DNA from: a virus
Lineage: Duplodnaviria; Caudoviricetes
Direction: 5' to 3' (one strand)
Length of the DNA stretch: 64,000 nt
Virus record (IMG/VR): IMGVR_UViG_3300020048_000009
Coordinates: 128,001 to 192,000 of that record
Positions within the stretch are counted from its first letter, which is position 1, and every line of letters begins with the position of its first letter. The notes beneath the pieces are model-generated. The model ran no database searches, had not been told where the DNA came from, and saw only the letters and a list, made by a program, of their open reading frames with translations. This document shows positions 1 through 9,809 of this stretch, piece by piece. A program made the translations under genes and the position numbers.

Positions 1-22
1 CATACAATCACATATTTATAAA

Positions 23-760
23 ATGTTTTATATGCCTATTATCGATCATTTGTTACAAAATGATCCTGATAATATTAATATAATTTATAAGTATTTTGTT
101 GCAGGTGGATGTTTTAAAAATCTTTATAAAGACGAAACTCCTAAGGATTTTGATATTTTCTGTTGGGATGAATCTATATCATTAGAACTTATAGAACTTT
201 TTGAAGCGGTTGGTTGGAATGAAGTTCCAGCTTGGAAGTCTACAAAAAGAGCTGTTTCTGTTTTAAAAGCGATAAGCCCCGATTTTAAACCGATAATGGA
301 AAAAACGTATAAACCCTTTGAAAACGGGCCGAATATTATTATACCTAGATTTACTAATTTAAAGCATCCAGAAATTCCTGGAACGTTGCAAATTATTCAT
401 AAATTTTCATTTAATAATGTTATAGATTGTATTAATAGTTTTGATTTTACTATCTGTATGGCAGGTGCTTATTTAAAAAGAGTTGATTTTCCAGAACCAT
501 TACCAAATGGTGAAACATTTAGTCATAATGAATGTGTAGTAGAAACAGGGAAATATTTCTTTGAAGATATGCTTACTGGTAGATTGAGAATTAATAAAAT
601 TACTTTCCCTGTTGATTCTCTTAGAAGAGCTTTTAGATATTCCGATTATGGTTATAAACCCTGTAAGGGTGTTGTTAAAGAATTAGCTGATGCAATTCAC
701 AATATGCCAAACGAGATTTATAATAATACAACCCTTTCACAATTCTATATGGTGGATTAA
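23..760 (+). CDS. Nucleotidyltransferase-fold protein (tRNA nucleotidyltransferase/poly(A) polymerase head-like)
   Basis: FVAGGCF..KDFDIF matches the hG[GS]..DxD pol-beta NTase motif; later SFDFTICM segment. Confidence 0.65.
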   Translation: MFYMPIIDHLLQNDPDNINIIYKYFVAGGCFKNLYKDETPKDFDIFCWDESISLELIELFEAVGWNEVPAWKSTKRAVSVLKAISPDFKPIMEKTYKPFENGPNIIIPRFTNLKHPEIPGTLQIIHKFSFNNVIDCINSFDFTICMAGAYLKRVDFPEPLPNGETFSHNECVVETGKYFFEDMLTGRLRINKITFPVDSLRRAFRYSDYGYKPCKGVVKELADAIHNMPNEIYNNTTLSQFYMVD

Positions 761-762
761 TT

Positions 763-1317
763 ATGTGTCATACAAGTATATCAGATTTAGAACTTAGTAA
801 AATGTTAAGCCTTGTCTTACGACATAAACCCGAAGCTATTGGAATTTCTCTAGATAAAAATGGCTGGGCTAATGTAAATGAATTAATAGAAAAGTTAAAT
901 ACCAAGAGAGAGTTAAAATTAAATTTAGCCATCTTAGAACATATTGTAGAAACTAATAATAAGAAACGTTTTATCTTTAATGAGGATAAAACTAAGATTA
1001 GAGCTAATCAAGGACATTCTATTGAAGTTGAATTAAACCTAAAAGAAACCGTGCCGCCTGTTACATTATATCATGGGACAAGTAGTAGGTTTACTAGTTC
1101 TATTTTAAAAACAGGATTAGAGAAACGAAATAGAAACCATGTTCATTTATCATTTGATATAGAGACTGCTAAAAAAGTAGGACTTCGACATGGTGGAACG
1201 CTTGTTATTTTTAAGGTTAATTGCAAGCAAATGTTAGCAGATGGTTTTAAATTTTATCTTTCTGAAAATAAGGTTTGGCTCACTGAAAGAGTTCCTGCTA
1301 AATATTTAAGTCTTTAA
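763..1317 (+). CDS. kptA: RNA 2'-phosphotransferase Tpt1/KptA
   Basis: LSLVLRH, KKRF, RANQGHS, LYHGT, RNHVHLS, VWLT motifs over full length. Confidence 0.95.
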   Translation: MCHTSISDLELSKMLSLVLRHKPEAIGISLDKNGWANVNELIEKLNTKRELKLNLAILEHIVETNNKKRFIFNEDKTKIRANQGHSIEVELNLKETVPPVTLYHGTSSRFTSSILKTGLEKRNRNHVHLSFDIETAKKVGLRHGGTLVIFKVNCKQMLADGFKFYLSENKVWLTERVPAKYLSL

Positions 1318-1335
1318 TTTATTTCTAAGACATGC

Positions 1336-1358
1336 GCTTGACGAGATGATTTTAAATC
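1336..1358 (+). terminator. Intrinsic terminator after kptA
   Basis: AGATGAT-TTTAA-ATCATCT followed by a T run. Confidence 0.55.
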
Positions 1359-1584
1359 ATCTTTTTTACAGAAAAAACTTTAGAAAAATACAAAATCCTA
1401 AAAAAATTATAAATTCTTATTATTAAAGGATTTATATAATTTTTTAGGATTAATTTTTTATAGAAAAAATTATCTAAAATTAGAAATTCTATGATGAATA
1501 AAAAAAGTGGTAACTTTATTATATTTATAGGGGCATGGTAACTTTTATTATGTACTTTTTAAAATAAAAATGATAAATAAAAAT

Positions 1585-2418
1585 ATGATAAATTTTAAAA
1601 ACGTAATAATAGAAGCACAACAGCGTGATGCTCTTCCGACCTATAATGAATTATTTAAATATTTAAGTAAATTCTATCCTGAAAATCTAAAAGAAGGTTT
1701 AAAGGATATTAGATATGGAATGTATAATATAAAAAATCCTAATAAAGAAATTCAAAAAATTTTATTATGCACAACAGTTACTGAAGAAGTTAAAACTAAA
1801 GCAATAAATGAAAATTTTGATTTAACCATAACACATCACCCATTTCTAAAAGATGTCCCTGGAATAATTTTCCATCTAACAATGGATGAATCTACTCATG
1901 GGCACAATGTTTATTTCTTAAATCGAATGGGACTACAAAATAAACATATTGGAGATTTAATAGTTTCTGGTGATTTATATAAAGACATGGAAATTTCAGA
2001 ATTTATAGATTATCTAGAAAAACATGGATTTAAAGTAAACGGTATATTACATAAGAATAAAAATTATCCTGATGAAGATGATTTAATTAAATCCGTTTTA
2101 TATTGTGCAGGTGGCGGCGGAATATTGTTAAATAAGCATATCTTAGAGATGCATCATTTAGCAGGTAATCCCGAATGGGATATGCGTAATATTGAAAAAG
2201 ATGTGTATGTTACAGGCGAGCTTAGTAGTAAATGGGATCTAGATAATAATAAATTTAAATATATTATTGAGCTATCACATACAACTTCTGAGAAACCTTT
2301 ATTTAAGCTTATTCAGAACAAAATTAAGAATAAATGGCCTAGACTAACTGTTGAAATAGCAGATAATAAAATCGATTATGTTGGATGGGAATCTTTAAAT
2401 AAAAAGACTAGAATTTAA
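1585..2418 (+). CDS. NIF3-like dinuclear metal-centre protein
   Basis: ILLCTTVT, ITHHPF, FHLTMD, YVTGE, IELSHTTSE; start moved from 1570 to 1585 because 1572-1582 is the late-promoter-like motif. Confidence 0.7.
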   Translation: MINFKNVIIEAQQRDALPTYNELFKYLSKFYPENLKEGLKDIRYGMYNIKNPNKEIQKILLCTTVTEEVKTKAINENFDLTITHHPFLKDVPGIIFHLTMDESTHGHNVYFLNRMGLQNKHIGDLIVSGDLYKDMEISEFIDYLEKHGFKVNGILHKNKNYPDEDDLIKSVLYCAGGGGILLNKHILEMHHLAGNPEWDMRNIEKDVYVTGELSSKWDLDNNKFKYIIELSHTTSEKPLFKLIQNKIKNKWPRLTVEIADNKIDYVGWESLNKKTRI

Positions 2419-3863
2419 GTCTTTTTATAATGTGACATGATTGAAGTATAAATATTTTTATATCTATCATGCTTTAAATATTTTTGACAGAAATAACCAA
2501 TATTTAGTCCAATATTATCTTTAAGTTCCCAATCAATATTTGGATATTTTAATAATGATTCAATCATTTTCCTATTAAGATCGACACCACCATGGTAATA
2601 GGGTGAAGCTTCAATAATAGCCAACATTAATGGTGTATTTTTGTCTATTCTATCTTGAATATTAATGTCAATACCTGGATATGTTGATAAAAATTCAGTA
2701 AGTTCATAATTATTATATGTTACGGCTGTCATTAATATATTGGTATTATTAAACGGCTTATTAACATCAAATTTATAGTTACTAGCCAAATATTTAAATA
2801 ATTCTACAGAATCATGATCATATGTCTTTCTTGATAAGTATAGTAATGCATTTTCACCATTACTATCAGTAAGATAAACGTCTAGATCTGGGAAATTTTT
2901 AAGTATATCGGTCGCTAAATCAGAATAACCCCAATGTATTCTATTTAAAAATAAAGGAACAGTAAAACCCCCATCAAAGTCTAGAGGAGTATTGATATTC
3001 ATATTATACCTAGAGAGTACTTCTTTTATTTGATTGACATCCTCACAATTTATTAAATTAGCTTTTATAACTCTATGTTTATCTTTATCATCAAGCATCT
3101 TAATATTATCATACCATTTTAAATCTTTTATTATATTTTTTAATTCATTAGATAATTTATATTTTTTAATACCCGGTGAATCTTCTTCATTAATATCTAG
3201 AATATTCCATATATCTTTAGCTTGATCGGGATAAACTGTTATTGCAAATTTTGTATCTATGTCTGTATTAGTTATATGTTCAGATAATGTAAATACATCA
3301 TCATCAGTTTGAGGATTCCAGTCATCTATTTTTTGCACAGTATCATCAACTTTTTTCATATCGGGGCGATTTGTTTTATGAATAATAAAATAAAATCTTA
3401 GATTTTCATCAATATAATAACTTTCCCAAAATTCTGGATTATCTGTACTTATACACCAATGGGTAGAATATCCCTTATAAAATCTGCCTAATTCTTTTGC
3501 AGCTTCATATGAATCTACCTGCCAAAGTTCATAATTTTCAGTTTCTTTTATTTTTTTGCCTTTACCATCTTTAGTTTTCTGCGCTTTATACTTTTGTTCA
3601 GTTTTCTTTTCTGTATTAGATCTATAATTTTCTATAAAAGATTTAAACTCTTCAAACGGCTTCTTAAACCAGAAATTTATATCATTATTAGGTGCTTGTA
3701 TTTTAACTCTAATGTTAGTTAAGAAATTATCTAAAATAGGTTTAAATTCTTCTTCAGGTATAGTCGACCAAGCCTTTTTAGCTGCTAATAATATTTTATT
3801 AGAAATTTCTTCTAATATTAATTGGTTGTATGCTTCACAGATGGGGATATTGTAATATTTCAT
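2415..3863 (-). CDS. Ankyrin-repeat protein with N-terminal 'WCIS' domain; candidate internal head protein
   Basis: C-terminal ankyrin-like units (GENALLY, NILMTAV, NTPLMLAI); N-terminal ~150 aa paralogous to 41785..43182. Confidence 0.75.
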   Translation of the reverse strand: MKYYNIPICEAYNQLILEEISNKILLAAKKAWSTIPEEEFKPILDNFLTNIRVKIQAPNNDINFWFKKPFEEFKSFIENYRSNTEKKTEQKYKAQKTKDGKGKKIKETENYELWQVDSYEAAKELGRFYKGYSTHWCISTDNPEFWESYYIDENLRFYFIIHKTNRPDMKKVDDTVQKIDDWNPQTDDDVFTLSEHITNTDIDTKFAITVYPDQAKDIWNILDINEEDSPGIKKYKLSNELKNIIKDLKWYDNIKMLDDKDKHRVIKANLINCEDVNQIKEVLSRYNMNINTPLDFDGGFTVPLFLNRIHWGYSDLATDILKNFPDLDVYLTDSNGENALLYLSRKTYDHDSVELFKYLASNYKFDVNKPFNNTNILMTAVTYNNYELTEFLSTYPGIDINIQDRIDKNTPLMLAIIEASPYYHGGVDLNRKMIESLLKYPNIDWELKDNIGLNIGYFCQKYLKHDRYKNIYTSIMSHYKKT

Positions 3864-3952
3864 ATTTTTTATTTATTAAAGATATAAGAATTTTTGTTCA
3901 AATAAATATTACAAAAAATTAATAAATAAAATAAACAAAATAGACGAAAACT

Positions 3953-4501
3953 ATGAGTAAAAATAATTTTAAAAACTTTTTTAAGAAACAGAATATTAAC
4001 AATGAAATACTTGGTTATTTAGATCGTTCAGAGCGTGAAAAATTAATAAAGTTTCTTAATATAAATGGTTTAACCCCTAATTATAAAGTAACAGTAAAGA
4101 AACAACCCGTTCCATTATTATCGTATGCGGTTGTTGTAGGATGTGGTACGATTGTAAAAGATTTGCTTAATTTAGGAGCAGACGTTAACGCAAATAGTGA
4201 CCAAGCATTATCTATGGCAATTGAGACTGCCCAAGGTGTTATAGCTAGAATATTATTAAAATCCGGTGCAAATCCTAATGCAGATAATGGTGCATTATTA
4301 AAAACAGCAGCACTGAAAAATAATTTAGGAATGCTTGAAGAATTATATAACTATGGCGCTAAATTTACTGAAAAGTTAGGCAAAGAACTCTTTGCGATAG
4401 CATATAGAAATAATAATTATGATATGCAAAGGTTTATATCAGAACGAATTATTAAACCTGAAAAAATTGAAAAAATAATTAAAACGGAGTTTAATAAATA
4501 A
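3953..4501 (+). CDS. Ankyrin-repeat protein
   Basis: LLNLGADVNANSDQAL, LLKSGANPNADNGALL, LYNYGAKF. Confidence 0.85.
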   Translation: MSKNNFKNFFKKQNINNEILGYLDRSEREKLIKFLNINGLTPNYKVTVKKQPVPLLSYAVVVGCGTIVKDLLNLGADVNANSDQALSMAIETAQGVIARILLKSGANPNADNGALLKTAALKNNLGMLEELYNYGAKFTEKLGKELFAIAYRNNNYDMQRFISERIIKPEKIEKIIKTEFNK

Positions 4502-4505
4502 AAAT

Positions 4506-4730
4506 ATGAATGTTTTAGAACGAATAGTTACCAAATTGTTCAGTGGAAGATGGATATTAACGCTAATTGCGGGAATTTCATTACTTATTATAACATGTGT
4601 TTCTTGTTATGCCGCGATAATTGGTTTACCACCTATTGCAGATCCTGGAGCGTTATTATCAGTTATAGTAATGGTATTTATGAGTTATTTCCAAAAAAAT
4701 ACTGATAACAATAATAGAGAAATACATTAA
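4506..4730 (+). CDS. Small two-TM membrane protein (possible holin-like)
   Basis: Two hydrophobic stretches and a polar C-terminus; holin role is only a guess. Confidence 0.45.
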   Translation: MNVLERIVTKLFSGRWILTLIAGISLLIITCVSCYAAIIGLPPIADPGALLSVIVMVFMSYFQKNTDNNNREIH

Positions 4731-5431
4731 CCTTCTTTATCCAATTCCTCAGAAGTCAATGCACCATTTGAAATTAATATTTTTCTAATATTAATAAGTT
4801 GATCATCGTTTATTCTATCTAAAGCAGTTAAACCATATTGTTCATCTTTAACGTTTAAATCCGCACCTTTTTCTATAAGCATCATAATTAATCGTTCTTT
4901 TTCAAATGCTTGTAATATATTAGAATCTAATATAATCATTAATGCGTTATACCCAGTATAATGTTCTTGTATATTAACATTTATATTATTTTGTACTAAT
5001 AATAAAGATATAATATCAAAATTTCCCAAATTACATGCCAACATTAACGGTGAAACATTATTTTCATCTAAAGAATAAAGATCAACGCCTTTATATATAA
5101 GAACTTTTACAACTTCCATCTGATTATAAGTGATGGCAGCAGCCAGTGGTGTTTTTTGCGTTGTTTTTTCAACCATGTTGATGTTTGCTCCATCTTTAAG
5201 TAAAGTATCAAGGCTATTTAAGTCGCCGTTAGAACACGCATTAATAAGGTTTAATGATGAATCTTTATCAGGCATTATATTAGCTTCAATGATTTTTACT
5301 TTTTTCTTAGGTTTTATTTTTATATTAGTATCTGCTTTTGATTCTAATATTACCTTAGTCGGTTTCATTATATTTTTTATAACTTGTAAATATGCATCAG
5401 CTATTATATTATTGGTTTCAAGATTAAACAT
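4727..5431 (-). CDS. Ankyrin-repeat protein
   Basis: KTPLAAA, VSPLMLAC, YNALMI, GADLNVKD..GLTALD; start moved to the ATG at 5431. Confidence 0.9.
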   Translation of the reverse strand: MFNLETNNIIADAYLQVIKNIMKPTKVILESKADTNIKIKPKKKVKIIEANIMPDKDSSLNLINACSNGDLNSLDTLLKDGANINMVEKTTQKTPLAAAITYNQMEVVKVLIYKGVDLYSLDENNVSPLMLACNLGNFDIISLLLVQNNINVNIQEHYTGYNALMIILDSNILQAFEKERLIMMLIEKGADLNVKDEQYGLTALDRINDDQLINIRKILISNGALTSEELDKEG

Positions 5432-5514
5432 TTTATTTTTCCTATATATTTTATTTATCACATTTTTTAAAATACTTGGTATATTTTGTAATATACTTTT
5501 TATATAATCATTTT

Positions 5515-5955
5515 ATGAATAATAAATTTGGATATGTTAATTTAGCCATTGTCGGTACTAAATCTTACAATGATTATGATAAATTTTTAGAAGTTATACA
5601 TAATATTTTAGATGTGTATAGCATTGTTCCGGGATGTATCATTTCGGGTGGTGCAAAAGGCGTCGATACTTTAGCTGAAGATTATGCTAAAGAGTTTGAA
5701 ATTAAACCAAAGATTTTTCCAGCGGAATGGACAAATGCTAGCGGTATTTATGATAAGGGTGCCGGAATGAAGAGAAATGCTCTTATTATAGAAAATGCAG
5801 ATTTTGTTGTTGCTATATGGGATGGTAAAAGCTCTGGCACTAAGAATTCTATTAAAAGGGCAAAGAATTTGAATAAGCCATTGGTTATTTATAACTATAT
5901 CGAAGATAAAATTTATGAATTTAATATTAAACATCAGGATATATTAGAATTATAG
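5515..5955 (+). CDS. SLOG-superfamily (YspA/DUF2493-like) protein
   Basis: LAIVGTKSY, IISGGAKGVDTLA, AGMKRNALI, WDGKSSGT; ends in TAG. Confidence 0.85.
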   Translation: MNNKFGYVNLAIVGTKSYNDYDKFLEVIHNILDVYSIVPGCIISGGAKGVDTLAEDYAKEFEIKPKIFPAEWTNASGIYDKGAGMKRNALIIENADFVVAIWDGKSSGTKNSIKRAKNLNKPLVIYNYIEDKIYEFNIKHQDILEL

Positions 5956-5977
5956 TATATTATATAAAAGGTAAAAT

Positions 5978-6163
5978 ATGGAAAAGATGCCACATGATTC
6001 AACGGTTTATAGGCTTCCACCAGATAAGGATTTTCCCAATGGTATGAGAGTTTATAAGTCAAGTTTACCAGAAGATAATTGCCCTATTTTAGGACAAAAA
6101 ATATGTTCAGTTAAAGATGGAAAAATGTGGTATACTGAAAAACCATTAACAAAGAGTAAATAA
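5978..6163 (+). CDS. Hypothetical protein
   Basis: AAGG SD, tandem packing. Confidence 0.5.
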   Translation: MEKMPHDSTVYRLPPDKDFPNGMRVYKSSLPEDNCPILGQKICSVKDGKMWYTEKPLTKSK

Positions 6164-6165
6164 AT

Positions 6166-7236
6166 ATGAACTTAGAAATATTAAAACAATCAGATAGAAT
6201 TATTTTTGAAACCATTTCTGGAAGTAGAAGTTATGGAACGAACACTCCGGAATCAGATACAGATATTCGTGGTATTTTTATGCCAGGAAAAGACGAAATA
6301 ATTTCCATGCTTCCTATGATAGAACAAGTATCAGATGAAAAGAACGATACGACCTATTATAGCGTAAAGCGCTTTTTTGAATTAGCATCAGGATGTAACC
6401 CTAATATTTTAGAGTTATTATTTATGCCTGCTGATTGTATTCAAGTTTGTACGCCTGTGATGCAAAAGATTTTAGAGAACAGACATTCGTTTGTATCTAA
6501 GAAAGCTAAATTTACATTTTCAGGATATGCCTATGCCCAAATTAAAAAGGCAAAGGGTCAGAATAAATTTGTAAACAACCCGCTTTCAAAAGAGCATCCG
6601 AAACGTGAGGAACATTGTACTTTTCTTTCTGAAAAGACTTTCCCGCCAATGAGACCTATTAAATTTGGTGAAGAAGGATTTCCAGACTTAACTAAACTTT
6701 CTGTATCTAGAGTATCTGGATCCAAAGAAATGTTTAGAGTCTATAATATTCCAACCGCTAAGGGTGTATTTGATCAAATGGGAAATATTCTTTATGACAC
6801 CCATACAATGGAAGATGAACAAAACTATTATGTTGGAACGCTTCAATATAATAAAGAGTCATATGATTCTATTGTTCGTCAATGGAAGAATTATTGGGAG
6901 TGGAAGAACAACAGAAATGAAGCTCGTTGGAAAGATTATGATGACAAAGAATTTGAATGTGACTTCAAAAACCTTTCTCACTGTGTTCGTTTAATGTTAT
7001 CAGGAAAAAATATTCTTTTAAACGGTGAACCTATTGTTAGACTTACTGGAGATGAACTAACTCTTGTTAGAGATGTTCGATCTGGTAAAATGCCATATTC
7101 ACAAATTATGGAATGGGTAGAAGCCGAAGAAAAGAAATTTGATGAATGGTACGAAAAGTCTACGCTTCCTCATAGTGTAGATATGAAACAAATTGATGCA
7201 TTATACAAAGAAATTATGTATAATTATATAAAGTAG
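6166..7236 (+). CDS. Pol-beta superfamily nucleotidyltransferase (phage NrdC.11/YcgL-like)
   Basis: GSRSYGTNTPESDTDIRG, NPNILELL, KNLSHCVRL motifs; ends in TAG. Confidence 0.85.
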   Translation: MNLEILKQSDRIIFETISGSRSYGTNTPESDTDIRGIFMPGKDEIISMLPMIEQVSDEKNDTTYYSVKRFFELASGCNPNILELLFMPADCIQVCTPVMQKILENRHSFVSKKAKFTFSGYAYAQIKKAKGQNKFVNNPLSKEHPKREEHCTFLSEKTFPPMRPIKFGEEGFPDLTKLSVSRVSGSKEMFRVYNIPTAKGVFDQMGNILYDTHTMEDEQNYYVGTLQYNKESYDSIVRQWKNYWEWKNNRNEARWKDYDDKEFECDFKNLSHCVRLMLSGKNILLNGEPIVRLTGDELTLVRDVRSGKMPYSQIMEWVEAEEKKFDEWYEKSTLPHSVDMKQIDALYKEIMYNYIK

Positions 7237-7250
7237 AAGGAAAGAATAAT

Positions 7251-7499
7251 ATGCAAGACTTAGTATATAAAACAGCGTATAACGTAAATAATGGAGAAAA
7301 AATTTGTTATAATATTGCAGAATTAAAACAATATTATCTAACAAAACTTAATAAATTGGATTGGAATCCAATTTCCGGTAATAGCTATTCAACATGGGCT
7401 AGTAAAAAAATAACAAAATTTACTAGAGACATTTTTAATTTAGCGGTTACCGATTTGGGAGTATTTGAATATTGTACGATTAAAGTAATTTATATTTAA
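7251..7499 (+). CDS. Hypothetical protein
   Basis: AAGGA SD, operon packing. Confidence 0.5.
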   Translation: MQDLVYKTAYNVNNGEKICYNIAELKQYYLTKLNKLDWNPISGNSYSTWASKKITKFTRDIFNLAVTDLGVFEYCTIKVIYI

Positions 7500-7500
7500 A

Positions 7501-7713
7501 ATGAAAAATAAAATTAGAAATATTTCATTAATATTAACGTTAATATTAATAACCTTAAAAGTAACATCTACCATCAATTGTTCTTGGTGGTTGGTGTTAC
7601 TACCTATTTTACTATATATGGGAGTATTACCCATTACAGTATTTTTTGGTCTTTGCTTTTTTGTCATGTTGTGGATATGTTTTGCATTAAATAAAATACC
7701 GCCATTTATCTAA
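7501..7713 (+). CDS. Small membrane protein
   Basis: LILITLKVT..SWWLVLLPI hydrophobic pattern typical of small phage membrane proteins. Confidence 0.6.
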   Translation: MKNKIRNISLILTLILITLKVTSTINCSWWLVLLPILLYMGVLPITVFFGLCFFVMLWICFALNKIPPFI

Positions 7714-7725
7714 GAAAGATATAAA

Positions 7726-8124
7726 ATGACAGATAATGAAATAAATGGTACAATTGCTGAAATATTAGGTTGGAGATTTGATCCTACTTGTGATCAAACT
7801 CAAAAATATATTGCTACTGCCTGTTGGATTAGACCTGGTGGTGAACCCTGGCAGTTAGAGAATCTTCCTAATTATTGTAATAACCTAAATGCGATGCAAG
7901 ACGTTTGGAATTGGCTGCGCCAAAACGGTGATGGAAGCGATGACGAAGTATTATTTTGGGAAGGTCTAAGAGATAGATATGGTTATGAATTATTTAAAAG
8001 AGCCGGCCTTTCTATGAGAAAAAATGGTGGAAGTATTGATTATACTCTAGCCAATTTAACAGCAAAGCAAAAAGCAGAATGTTTTATATCTAGTATGAAT
8101 GTAATTATGAAGGAAATAGAATAA
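7726..8124 (+). CDS. Hypothetical phage protein
   Basis: IAEILGW..LPNYCNNLNAM motif; operon packing. Confidence 0.55.
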   Translation: MTDNEINGTIAEILGWRFDPTCDQTQKYIATACWIRPGGEPWQLENLPNYCNNLNAMQDVWNWLRQNGDGSDDEVLFWEGLRDRYGYELFKRAGLSMRKNGGSIDYTLANLTAKQKAECFISSMNVIMKEIE

Positions 8125-9122
8125 TGAAAAAATGTTATTTGTGTCATTCAGGCGGTTATGATTCCACTCTATTATTATATGAACTTTGTAAAAATGCAAA
8201 GCATAATAAAGAAGATTTAGAAATTTTTCCAATCTATTTAAAGTCAAAGTGCAGACCCTTTGAACCTGAAATTTTTCATGCTCAAAAATCTATAGATTAT
8301 TTTTATAATCTATATAGATATGATAAGATTATTATCCATCCGCTAAAGATATTTGATTATGGTGAGATAAAATTTAATGATGATACTAAAGAAAATGAAT
8401 TTAGTGTGGAACATCATTATTATGCCAGTTTTCTAGTAAATATCGCTCAAGCATTTAATATTAAAGATGTAACAGATGTATTTTTTGCATTCCATCAGGG
8501 TGATGCTATATTTGCATATATTAAAGACTTTGAAATTGCTATAAATAGTCTTAGACGATTAGCATTTTTCAGTACAAAGAAATCACCTGTTGGAATAGGT
8601 AATGATTTATTTTGGAATAACTGTAGGGATTTATCTTTTCATTATCCTCTCAGTACGACTAAAAAAGATTGGATATTAAATCAGTATTTAAATGATAATG
8701 TTTTAATAGATAAAAAATTAGCATTTGCTTGTGAATGTAGATTAAATAATTATAGTTTAGAAAATAATGCGTATACTAGTGGTCACAATGCTGTATTAGG
8801 AAGTCATGCATGGTGTGATAAGTGTACCGAAATTATAAAAATATACTTTGATTCAACTACTCCACTATATTTCTTTAATAAAATTAATAAAGATGAAATA
8901 CGAAATTTAGATTTAGATGATCTTCTTAAAAAATCAGCAGTAATGCCGGTTTCTTGTGAAGTTGAGGAGGAAGTACCTCAGCTAGAAGAACCCATAGGTC
9001 CATTGGCAATTTCACCTTCTGAAGAAAAAAAGATAGTGGAAGTGCTTGATGGTGTTTTTAATGGAAAAGGTATAGATGTAACAATAAAAGTGTGTAAAGA
9101 CGAAAAAACCAGTATACTTTAA
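8124..9122 (+). CDS. QueC-like PP-loop ATPase
   Basis: SGGYDS PP-loop at N-terminus; YPL..KKD and C..C...CDKC Zn-site pattern. Confidence 0.65.
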   Translation: MKKCYLCHSGGYDSTLLLYELCKNAKHNKEDLEIFPIYLKSKCRPFEPEIFHAQKSIDYFYNLYRYDKIIIHPLKIFDYGEIKFNDDTKENEFSVEHHYYASFLVNIAQAFNIKDVTDVFFAFHQGDAIFAYIKDFEIAINSLRRLAFFSTKKSPVGIGNDLFWNNCRDLSFHYPLSTTKKDWILNQYLNDNVLIDKKLAFACECRLNNYSLENNAYTSGHNAVLGSHAWCDKCTEIIKIYFDSTTPLYFFNKINKDEIRNLDLDDLLKKSAVMPVSCEVEEEVPQLEEPIGPLAISPSEEKKIVEVLDGVFNGKGIDVTIKVCKDEKTSIL

Positions 9123-9162
9123 TAAACAATATTGATATAATTATTACATTAAAGGAGATATT

Positions 9163-9507
9163 ATGGTTTCTGTATATTTAGTTATTTGGTTCGCATTTTT
9201 ACATTTCATTTTTGATTTTAGATTACAGAGTGATAAAGTAGCTTGTAACAAATCTAAAGATTTTAAAGTACTATGCAAACATTGCTTTATATATGCATTC
9301 TGTGGTTTATTTGTTCCTGGTATGATGATAGGTGGATTATTTATTCTATTCTTTTCACATTTATTAATTGATTTTATTTCAAGTAAAATGACATCATATT
9401 ATTGGCAAAAAGAAGATAGACATAATTTCTTTGTAACTGTCGGATTTGATCAATTTTTACATGCAAGTGTATTGGTATATATTTTAAAATTTTGGGTTGG
9501 GGTTTAA
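9163..9507 (+). CDS. DUF3307-like membrane protein
   Basis: HFIFDFRLQ, HCFIY, SHLLIDF, GFDQFLH. Confidence 0.75.
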   Translation: MVSVYLVIWFAFLHFIFDFRLQSDKVACNKSKDFKVLCKHCFIYAFCGLFVPGMMIGGLFILFFSHLLIDFISSKMTSYYWQKEDRHNFFVTVGFDQFLHASVLVYILKFWVGV

Positions 9508-9805
9508 TATGGAATTAAAAGCTAGTGTTAAAACTGTATTTAGAACTCAATATTATGATGTTGAGGAATTAATAGTTAGGATATACGGAAAACCATATCA
9601 GCTTTTAGCTGATATGGAAGCATCTAATGATTCAACTATTGAAATAAATGGTGTAGATGGTTCTGATCAAAATATTGATAAATATGATATTAAAGAATTT
9701 AAAGAAACTGGAAGATATAAACACATTTTAGGTACACTTATGAATGATTTATGTAAAAACGGTCTTATTGATAAAGGCGACTATAGTATAAACGTTTGCT
9801 GGTAA
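9497..9805 (+). CDS. Hypothetical protein
   Basis: Operon packing. Confidence 0.5.
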   Translation: MGFNMELKASVKTVFRTQYYDVEELIVRIYGKPYQLLADMEASNDSTIEINGVDGSDQNIDKYDIKEFKETGRYKHILGTLMNDLCKNGLIDKGDYSINVCW

Positions 9806-9809
9806 AAAT

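Noticed and set aside
1570-1584. 'MINK' N-terminal extensions at 1570 and 5461
   Set aside because: They are translations of the GATAAATAAAA late-promoter-like motif; downstream ATGs are the better starts.
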